Below, in pieces: positions 9,070 to 18,389 of a DNA stretch of 35,343 bases (its first letter is position 1; each line of letters opens with the position of its first letter). Made by a program: the position numbers and the translations under genes. The DNA comes from an uncultured Zetaproteobacteria bacterium (GTDB lineage: Bacteria; Pseudomonadota; Zetaproteobacteria; Mariprofundales; Mariprofundaceae), in NCBI GenBank assembly GCA_964505995.1, contig CAZDLB010000003.1:1735-37077 (forward strand), written 5' to 3'. The notes beneath the pieces were generated by a model. That model worked only from the letters and a program-made list of their open reading frames with translations, was not told where the DNA came from and did not search any database.

Positions 9070-9099
9070 ATTCAGTTGCTGAATTTGCTGGACCAGCAA
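9070..9099. promoter_or_regulatory. Two abutting 15-nt palindromes upstream of the symporter gene (candidate operator).
   Basis: ATTCAG-TTG-CTGAAT (9070-9084) is followed immediately by TTGCTGG-A-CCAGCAA (9085-9099). Both share TTGCTG. They lie about 100-130 nt upstream of the ATG at 9200. Confidence 0.25.
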
Positions 9100-9199
9100 T
9101 GTGACTCAAGGGCTTTCGGTTGCAGATATTGATTCGTCCGGCAGCATGCCAGCCTGAATTGAAAGGGAAGTCCGGAACGGGAAAAATCGGGAGGATGAT

Positions 9200-11564
<2,365 letters not shown>

Positions 11565-11585
11565 GGGCCGATTCAGTCAGGCGGT

Positions 11586-12305
11586 TCAGTCCTTCCGGTG
11601 CAGTCGCCGGATGCGGATCAGATCGAGGAACATCGAGGCCGGGTCGAGCAGCATGCGCACGCGCGAGTTCGGCTCGTTGATCCATTCCACCGGGATCTCG
11701 GCAATGCCGTAGCCGAGCTTCCCGGCCAGATAGAGAATCTCGACATCGAAGCTGAAGCCGTCGATCCGTTGCGCAGCGAAGATGGCTTGCGCGGCCTCGG
11801 CGCGGAAAACCTTGAAGCCGCACTGCGTATCGCGCAGGTCCAGGCCGGTGGTCAGCCGCATCAGCGCGTTGAAGCTCTTGCCCATGTTCTCCCTGAGCCA
11901 GGACTGGCGCTGGGTAATGTCGGATTCGGGGTGCTGCCGCGAGGCGATGACGACCGCGACCTCCGGTCGGGACTCGAACACGTCGAGCGCCTTGGCCACC
12001 TCGCGGATATGGGTCGAATGATCGGCGTCCATGAACAGGCGGATGTCGCCGCTGGCCTCGAGCATGCCGCGCCGGACGGCCGCACCCTTGCCCCGGTTTT
12101 CCGGCTGCTCAAGAAGCCTGAGTTCCGGCATCGCGGGCATCAGCTTCCGGACCGCATCGCAGGTGCGATCCTGGCTGCCGTCATCCACGACCAGGATCTC
12201 GAATCCGCCGGCAAGATGCTCCCGCAGCCAGGCGTGGCATTGTTTCAGCGTCGCCGGCAGACGCGCCTCCTCGTTGTAGGCGGGGATGATGACCGAGAGC
12301 CTCAT
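11586..12305 (-). CDS. Family-2 glycosyltransferase, polyprenyl-phosphate hexosyltransferase type (DPM1/ArnC/GtrB-like).
   Basis: MRLSVIIPAYNEEARLPATL...ILVVDDGSQDRT...FMDADHS (DxD context). The start is placed at ATG 12305, which overlaps the TGA of the upstream GT-C gene (ATGA). The track ORF extends to 12377. Confidence 0.8.
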   Translation of the reverse strand: MRLSVIIPAYNEEARLPATLKQCHAWLREHLAGGFEILVVDDGSQDRTCDAVRKLMPAMPELRLLEQPENRGKGAAVRRGMLEASGDIRLFMDADHSTHIREVAKALDVFESRPEVAVVIASRQHPESDITQRQSWLRENMGKSFNALMRLTTGLDLRDTQCGFKVFRAEAAQAIFAAQRIDGFSFDVEILYLAGKLGYGIAEIPVEWINEPNSRVRMLLDPASMFLDLIRIRRLHRKD

Positions 12306-13939
12306 CGCGCATCCCCCGGATGGAGATAGAGCAGGTAGCCGCCACGGCGCACGGCCGGTCCGGTCTGGCGCAGCCATTGCGGCAGTTTTGCTTCGGATTC
12401 CTCCCGAAGAAACAGTGCAAACGGGGATGCACGCAGATCCTCGAGCTCCTGAATGCTGACGAGAAGGCGGAAGTTGCGGCCGGATTCAAAGGAGATGGAT
12501 GGGGCATTCAGCGCCAGGCTCAGGACGGCTGTCTTTGCCGGCAGCGACGCGATGCGCGAGGCAATCTCGGACTGCGGTCCCTGGGCCAGGCGTCCGGCAA
12601 AACTGCCCAGCGGAACCAGCAGGGCGGCCTGCAGCAAAAAGCCGATGACGATGAACTGCGCGGCCAGCGCCCGGCGCGAACGAAGCAGCCAGAACAGGCC
12701 CGCCGTCAGCAGCAATCCCCCGGCCGGGATCGCAAGTCCGGGGCGGATGTCCTGGCTCAGAACCGCGACGGCTCTGGGATGGCTCACCATCGCGGCCAGC
12801 GGATCGTAGAGCAGGGGAAACAGCAGCAGAAACAGCGCCACCGGCAGCAGAAGCAGAAAGCCCGCGATACGAATTCGCATTGCGGCTAAAGGTGCTGCGC
12901 GCCAGAGGCTGGCCGTCAGCGCCAGCGCCACGGCCGGGTAGATGCTGGAGATGTAGTGCGGCAGTTTCGTCTGGGCCAGCGTGAACAGCAGCATGACCGT
13001 CAGGGTCCAGATCCAGCACAGGCGGCCCAGCCGGATCAGGGGATCATCCGGGGCTGTCCGACCCAGTCCGCGAAAGGCGCGCGGCACCAGCGGCAGCCAG
13101 GGGAGAACCGAGACGGCGAACACGACAAGGTAATAGTGCCAGCCGCCGCCATGGCCCTGCATCGGCTGCAGCGCGCGGCCGATATTGTGAACCATGATGA
13201 ATTCATAGAGGAAATCGAGGCCGTGCCGGATACCGATCATCAGATACCACGGGGTGGCTGTGAGCAGCAGCACGCCCAGGCAGGGCCACCAGGGGACGGC
13301 CTTCAGCATCGCCTTCAGGCTGCGATGCAGCAGCTGGTCGATCAGGATCACGAGCACCGGGATCACGAGCCCGACCGGCCCCTTGATGCTGACACCAAGC
13401 CCCATCATCGCCGCGGTCGTCAGCGCATGCCGGCGCCCGCCCTCACGCAGCCAGTGGAAATAGGAGAACAGGGCGCCGGCGATGAAGAAGTTGAGAACCG
13501 GGTCCAGGATCGCCGCATGCGCCAGCAGGCCAGTTTCCAGCATCGACAGATAGATCAGGCTTGCGCCGAAGCCGAAGCTCTGCCCCCGGATACGGCAGCC
13601 GAAGCGGTAGATCAGCAGGGCCGTGAGCAGGATGAAGATGGCCGAAGGCAATCGCGCCGCAAAGGCCGACGGCCCGAACAGCGCGAAGGAGATGTCCATC
13701 AGGTAATAGACGAAGGGCGGCTTCTCGAAGAACTGCATGCCATTGGCCGTGGGCACGATCCATTCGCCCTGGCGCATCATGTCCAGCGCGGTCTGGGCAT
13801 AGACCGTTTCATCGTAGTCGAACAGCGGTGCCAGCCCCAGGGTGCCGAGCGTGAAGATGCCCCAGGCGAAAAGCACCAGCGCGATCGGCCAGTGCGGGGT
13901 CAGACGGGCGATCTGGATCATGGCCGCGACGCTAATCAA
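12302..13939 (-). CDS. GT-C fold glycosyltransferase, family 39/83-like (ArnT / PMT-like), polytopic membrane protein.
   Basis: 545 aa. The N-terminal loop PLFDYDETVYAQTALDMMRQGEWIVPTANGMQFFEKPPFVYYL is the DE-containing first periplasmic loop typical of ArnT/PMT_2 enzymes. Many TM segments follow. Confidence 0.8.
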   Translation of the reverse strand: MISVAAMIQIARLTPHWPIALVLFAWGIFTLGTLGLAPLFDYDETVYAQTALDMMRQGEWIVPTANGMQFFEKPPFVYYLMDISFALFGPSAFAARLPSAIFILLTALLIYRFGCRIRGQSFGFGASLIYLSMLETGLLAHAAILDPVLNFFIAGALFSYFHWLREGGRRHALTTAAMMGLGVSIKGPVGLVIPVLVILIDQLLHRSLKAMLKAVPWWPCLGVLLLTATPWYLMIGIRHGLDFLYEFIMVHNIGRALQPMQGHGGGWHYYLVVFAVSVLPWLPLVPRAFRGLGRTAPDDPLIRLGRLCWIWTLTVMLLFTLAQTKLPHYISSIYPAVALALTASLWRAAPLAAMRIRIAGFLLLLPVALFLLLFPLLYDPLAAMVSHPRAVAVLSQDIRPGLAIPAGGLLLTAGLFWLLRSRRALAAQFIVIGFLLQAALLVPLGSFAGRLAQGPQSEIASRIASLPAKTAVLSLALNAPSISFESGRNFRLLVSIQELEDLRASPFALFLREESEAKLPQWLRQTGPAVRRGGYLLYLHPGDAR

Positions 13940-13999
13940 ATCGACGGCGATTGCCTATCCGAGGTTCAGGCGCGTGCGGGCCTGTGATAGCGTGCTGCG

Positions 14000-14959
14000 A
14001 TGCGACGAACGGGCTGGCTTTGGCTGTTGAAGCTGCTGGTGACGGCAGGGCTGATCATCGCGATGATCCGCTTTGTCGATCTCGGGCAGGTCTGGCATCG
14101 CCTGCAGTCGGTCGATCCCGGCCTGGTCGCCTCGGCCGTGTTCTGTGTGGCCCTGGGATATGTGCTCTGCGGCCTTCGCTGGGCCTGGGTGGCCAGCGGT
14201 CTTGGCTTCGAGGTTTCGCGTGAACGCAAGGTTCGGCTGTATTTTCTCGGCATGTTCGCCAGCCTCTTTCTGCCTTCCACGATCGGCGGGGATGTCATCC
14301 GCGGCATTCTCCTTGGGCGCGGGGAAGGACGCAGCGGCATGGGGCTGGCGGCCGGGGCCAGCGTTGTTCTGGACCGGGCGAACGGCCTGGGCGCGCTGTT
14401 TGTCCTGATTACACTGTGCATGGCCTTTTTCGACTGGCCGGCCTATGTATGGGGCTCCTGGCTGGCCGGGGCCGGCGCAACGGTTCTGGGTCTGGTGCTG
14501 CTTCCGTGGATCTATGCGCGCCTGCCCGGTCCGCTGGCGCGCCTGAAGGCCTTGCCGCTGGATACGCCGCGTTTCCGCAGGATGTGGATGCAAAGCTTTC
14601 CGGTCTCGCTGGCCTTTCAGGTGCTGATCATCCAGGCGCATTATCTGCTGGGTTCGGCCGTGGGGCTGGACATGCCATGGCCGGCCTTTGCCGTGATGGT
14701 GGGCCTGATCGGACTGGTGGCCATCCTGCCCATTTCCCTGAACGGCTTTGGCGTGCGCGAGGCCGGCTACGTCGGGCTGGCCGTGTTCTTTGGCGGCAGT
14801 GCGGATGCGGCCACCGCGATGGCGGCGCTGTGGGTGATCGTGCTGGCCATCGCCTCCCTGCCGGGAGCCTGGGTGCTGTGGCGTCTGGGCGGCACCCGCG
14901 AGGTGACGCGAGCCAATGCCGGAAGCCCGGCCACGGCTGCGGATGAAAAGGCCGGGTGA
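14000..14959 (+). CDS. Flippase-like membrane protein (UPF0104 / lysyl-PG-synthase TM-region family).
   Basis: 319-aa polytopic ORF. LKLLVTAGLIIAMIRFVDLGQVWHRL...RLYFLGMFASLFLPSTIGGDVIRG matches the UPF0104 pattern. It is divergent from the GT-C/GT2 pair. Confidence 0.7.
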   Translation: MRRTGWLWLLKLLVTAGLIIAMIRFVDLGQVWHRLQSVDPGLVASAVFCVALGYVLCGLRWAWVASGLGFEVSRERKVRLYFLGMFASLFLPSTIGGDVIRGILLGRGEGRSGMGLAAGASVVLDRANGLGALFVLITLCMAFFDWPAYVWGSWLAGAGATVLGLVLLPWIYARLPGPLARLKALPLDTPRFRRMWMQSFPVSLAFQVLIIQAHYLLGSAVGLDMPWPAFAVMVGLIGLVAILPISLNGFGVREAGYVGLAVFFGGSADAATAMAALWVIVLAIASLPGAWVLWRLGGTREVTRANAGSPATAADEKAG

Positions 14960-15037
14960 ATCCCCGTCCGGCATCGGTTGCTTTTTCAGCCGGCGCTTCC
15001 TAGCTTTGCCGCAACGATATCACAGGAGGCAGGCTAG

Positions 15038-15301
15038 ATGGCTCGCGTCACCGTAGAAGATTGCATTCGTTATTACCCGAACCGTTTCGAGATGGTCTAT
15101 CTCGCATCCCGGCGGGCCCGGCAGCTGCTCAGGGGCATGCCGCCGCTGCTGGAAGCCGAGAACGAGAAGCCGACCGTGCAGGCCCTGCGCGAGATGGGCG
15201 AAGGCCTGATCAGCTGGGATTCGCTCTACGAGATGGAGGCGCAGGAACGCGCCCGCCTTCAGGCCGCCCAGGCCGAAGAGGAAGGTGAGGACGCAGCCTG
15301 A
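15038..15301 (+). CDS. rpoZ: DNA-directed RNA polymerase subunit omega.
   Basis: 87 aa. MARVTVEDCI...NRFEMVYLASRRARQL is the omega signature. It lies upstream of spoT as in the classical spo operon. Confidence 0.9.
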   Translation: MARVTVEDCIRYYPNRFEMVYLASRRARQLLRGMPPLLEAENEKPTVQALREMGEGLISWDSLYEMEAQERARLQAAQAEEEGEDAA

Positions 15302-15425
15302 TGCATCGTGACCGGCCTCGTTGACCGCATCCTTGTGCATGAATACCTCGACGAGGCTGGGTTCTACCTTCCGTAAGCGTTCCGGCGGCTTCGCTTCCTG
15401 GAACCGTTCCGCCTGAGTTTCCGGC

Positions 15426-17564
15426 ATGAGCCGCATCCATGAAATCACCGAACGTGTGGCGTCCTATGCGCCCAAGGCCGATCTGGATCTGATCAACCGC
15501 GCCTACGTGTTTGCCGCCAATGCCCATGCCGGGCAGATGCGCCGTTCCGGGGAGCCGTACATCTCGCATCCGCTGGCCGTGGCCGACATCCTGGCCAGTC
15601 TGAGAATGGACGAGGCGACCATCGTCACCGGGCTTCTGCATGACACGGTCGAGGATACGCATGTCAGCCTCGAGGACGTCGAGCGGCATTTCGGCAGCGA
15701 TATCGCGCGCCTGGTGGACGGCGTCACCAAGATCGGCAAGATCCATTTCCATTCCTCCGAACAGAAGCAGGCGGAGAATTTCCGCAAGATGCTGATGGCC
15801 ACGGCGCGCGACATTCGCGTGCTGATCGTCAAGCTTGCCGACCGGCTGCACAACATGCGCACGCTGGGCTTCATGCGCGAGGAGAAGCGGCGCGAGATAT
15901 CCCAGGAAACCATTCAGATCTATGCGCCGCTGGCGCACCGCCTCGGCATCCACTGGATCAAGCAGGAGATGGAGGATCTGGCCTTTGCCAATCTGGAGAA
16001 GGAGGCCTATCAGGAACTTCTGGGCCAGCTTCGCGACCGGCTGGATGAGCTCAATCGCATCCGGGAGCGGCTGGAGGTCATCATCCAGGAGGCCCTGCAG
16101 CGCCAGGGGCTGGATGCCCGCGTGCAGGGGCGCATGAAGCATCTCTACAGCATCCATGCCAAGATGCAGCGCAAGCATGTCGATTTCGACGAGATCTACG
16201 ATCTTGTCGCCTTCCGGGTCATCGTGAAGGACATCACCACCTGCTATCAGGCGCTGGGTATCATCCACAGCCTGTACCGACCGGTGCCCGGCCGCTTCAA
16301 GGATTATATCGCGCTGCCCAAGCCCAACGGCTACCAGTCGCTGCATACGGCCGTGATCGGGCCGGAGAATTTCCGCATCGAGGTGCAGATTCGCACCGAG
16401 GCCATGCATTCCTATGCCGAGGACGGCGTGGCCGCGCACTGGATCTACAAGGACGGCGATGCCTCGGCGAGGGAACGTGAGAATTTCAAATGGCTCAAGC
16501 AGCTGACCGAGCTGCTGCAGGAAACCGAATCCCCGGGCGAGTTTCTCGAGAATGTACGTCTGGATCTGTTCGTGCAGGAGGTCTATGTCTTCAGTCCGGA
16601 CGGCGATATCTTTGCCCTTCCCCGCGGAGCCCGGCCGCTGGATTTCGCCTATGCGGTGCATACCGAGGTGGGAAACCATTGCATCGGCGTGCGCATCAAT
16701 GGCGAGATTGCCGATTTCACGACAAGGCTGCACAACGGCGACCAGATCGAGATCATGACCAGCCCGGACCAGACGCCGAGCCGCCAGTGGCTGCAGTATG
16801 TGAAGACACCGCGCGCCCGGCAGGCGATCCGCCAGTGGTTCCGCCGTCAGGAGAAGGAAACAAGTATCCGCATCGGCCGTCAGGTGCTCAGGGATGTGCT
16901 GGGCCGCAGTGAAATCAGCGACCGGGTCGTCAAGGCGCTGAATCTGACTTCGATCGAGGAGCTGCAGGAGAAACTGGGTCGCGGCGATATCCCGATCGAG
17001 GATCTTCTGGAGGCCGCCGATGTTGATCAGACGCGGCCGCTGAAGATTCGCGGGCTGTCGCGCACCCTGATGCAGCCGGCCGAATGCTGCCATCCGATTC
17101 CGGGGGATCCGGTGCTCGGTCTGTTTCATTCGGGCAAGGGTATGGTGATCCATCACCGCAAATGTCCGGTCGTGGCCGAGGGCAAGGGCGAGAACTGGCT
17201 GGAGGTGAACTGGCGATCGCGGCCCGGGCAGCTGTTCCGTACCGGCATCGAGGTCCGGGCCCGAAACCAGCGCGGCATGCTTGCGCGGATCACCGCCTCC
17301 ATTGCCGAAGCGGGCTCCAGCATCGAGGATCTGAAGCTTCGGCAGAAGGGCGGCTCGATCACCGAGCTGCTGTTCCTCGTCGAGGTCGAGGATCGCAAGC
17401 ATCTGGCCGATGTGCTGCGTGCCGTCCGTGGCGTCGAGGGCGTGGTGCGGGTTCAGCGGCGCAATCGCGTCGGCCTGGGCGCCCAGGTCCAGAGCCGGAG
17501 CCTGGCCGAAACGCTGCGTGATTTCTTTTCCGGTCGAAAGAGCGGGCTGAAAGAGCAAGGTTGA
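15426..17564 (+). CDS. spoT: Bifunctional (p)ppGpp synthetase / pyrophosphohydrolase.
   Basis: 712 aa. It has the HD hydrolase motif (HPLAVADIL...LHDTVEDT), the RelA/SpoT synthetase block (YRPVPGRFKDYIALPKPNGYQSLHT), and TGS and ACT-like C-terminal regions. It follows rpoZ. Confidence 0.9.
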   Translation: MSRIHEITERVASYAPKADLDLINRAYVFAANAHAGQMRRSGEPYISHPLAVADILASLRMDEATIVTGLLHDTVEDTHVSLEDVERHFGSDIARLVDGVTKIGKIHFHSSEQKQAENFRKMLMATARDIRVLIVKLADRLHNMRTLGFMREEKRREISQETIQIYAPLAHRLGIHWIKQEMEDLAFANLEKEAYQELLGQLRDRLDELNRIRERLEVIIQEALQRQGLDARVQGRMKHLYSIHAKMQRKHVDFDEIYDLVAFRVIVKDITTCYQALGIIHSLYRPVPGRFKDYIALPKPNGYQSLHTAVIGPENFRIEVQIRTEAMHSYAEDGVAAHWIYKDGDASARERENFKWLKQLTELLQETESPGEFLENVRLDLFVQEVYVFSPDGDIFALPRGARPLDFAYAVHTEVGNHCIGVRINGEIADFTTRLHNGDQIEIMTSPDQTPSRQWLQYVKTPRARQAIRQWFRRQEKETSIRIGRQVLRDVLGRSEISDRVVKALNLTSIEELQEKLGRGDIPIEDLLEAADVDQTRPLKIRGLSRTLMQPAECCHPIPGDPVLGLFHSGKGMVIHHRKCPVVAEGKGENWLEVNWRSRPGQLFRTGIEVRARNQRGMLARITASIAEAGSSIEDLKLRQKGGSITELLFLVEVEDRKHLADVLRAVRGVEGVVRVQRRNRVGLGAQVQSRSLAETLRDFFSGRKSGLKEQG

Positions 17565-17580
17565 TGACAAAGGAGAGGAC

Positions 17581-17970
17581 ATGAAGCCATTGAAGAGCAT
17601 TCATTCGGATCAGGCGCCGAAGGCCGTCGGTCCATATTCGCAGGCGATGGTCTGCAACGGACTGTTGTACGCCTCCGGCCAGATCGGCCTGGACCCGGCC
17701 ACGGGGCAGATGGCTGGGGACGCGCTTGAGGATCAGGCGCGGCAGGTCACGCGCAACCTCAGCGCCGTGCTGGCCGAGGCCGGATGCACGACGGACGACA
17801 TCGTCAAGGTGACGATCTTTCTGGTGGATATGGGGGATTTTCCGAAGCTCAACGAGATCTATGCCGCATGGCTGGGCGATCATCGGCCGGCGCGGGCCAC
17901 CGTGGCCGTGGCGGCGCTGCCGCTGGGTGCCCGGGTCGAGATGGATCTGATCGCCAGACTGCCGCAATAG
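17581..17970 (+). CDS. ridA: RidA/YjgF-family reactive intermediate (enamine/imine) deaminase.
   Basis: 129 aa. APKAVGPYSQAMVCNGLLYASGQIGLDP...PARATVAVAALPLGARVEMD is the typical RidA pattern. AAGGAGAGG lies upstream. Confidence 0.85.
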   Translation: MKPLKSIHSDQAPKAVGPYSQAMVCNGLLYASGQIGLDPATGQMAGDALEDQARQVTRNLSAVLAEAGCTTDDIVKVTIFLVDMGDFPKLNEIYAAWLGDHRPARATVAVAALPLGARVEMDLIARLPQ

Positions 17971-18025
17971 CCGGACATATCATCGAAGCATCGCTTGCGG
18001 GAGCGGGTCCTGTTGCGACATCATG

Positions 18026-18049
18026 AAAAAGGGCGCCATCCGGCGCCCT
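18026..18049 (-). terminator. Rho-independent terminator downstream of rpmB. It may also serve the convergent ridA gene.
   Basis: The minus-strand RNA reads AGGGCGCC-GGAU-GGCGCCCU followed by UUUU: a perfect 8-bp GC-rich stem, a 4-nt loop and a U tract. Confidence 0.75.
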
Positions 18050-18070
18050 GGAAATGAATGCGGATCAGAC

Positions 18071-18262
18071 CTACGCGGCCTTTTTCACCTTGCCGGAGCG
18101 CAGGCAGCTGGAGCACACCTTGACCTTGCGGGTCTGACCATCGAACACAGCGCGGACATTGTGCAGGTTCGGCAGGAAACGACGGCGGGTCGTATTGTGC
18201 GCATGACTGACATTGTTGCCGGTAGCCGGGCCTTTTCCACAGATTTCACAACGCTTTGCCAT
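18071..18262 (-). CDS. rpmB: 50S ribosomal protein L28, short four-cysteine (Zn-ribbon, C+) form.
   Basis: 63 aa. [37 protein letters not shown]... is the L28 signature, with CxxC at residues 5-8 and CSSC at residues 50-53. GGAGG lies 6 nt upstream. Confidence 0.85.
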   Translation of the reverse strand: MAKRCEICGKGPATGNNVSHAHNTTRRRFLPNLHNVRAVFDGQTRKVKVCSSCLRSGKVKKAA

Positions 18263-18389
18263 GATGTACCTCCGAAATCGGCGCGCACTTTAGGCCAATG
18301 CCCTCCGCGATACAAGCAAAATGTTGTCTGCTGGCCGGCTTTGCCGTGCAGGCATTGAGCCCGGCTCGGACATCGGTCACCATTTAGCG

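Noticed and set aside
8984-9199. Possible glycine riboswitch in the 216-nt leader of the alanine/glycine:cation symporter gene, a common riboswitch-regulated gene class.
   Set aside because: I could not find the conserved glycine-aptamer cores (GGAGAG...ACCGAAGGGGCAA...CUCAGGCAAAAGGAC-type elements) on either strand. A covariance-model scan (Rfam RF00504) would be the decisive check.
15210-17600. 796-aa minus-strand ORF antisense to spoT. Similar long antisense ORFs are 9215..10768, 13955..14974, 20513..22285, 24016..25083, 28453..30453, 30861..32165 and 32628..33899.
   Set aside because: Each is fully overlapped by a gene with clear family motifs on the other strand. Their composition (R/G/D/H/A/Q-rich) and lack of motifs fit stop-codon-poor antisense frames in GC-rich DNA.
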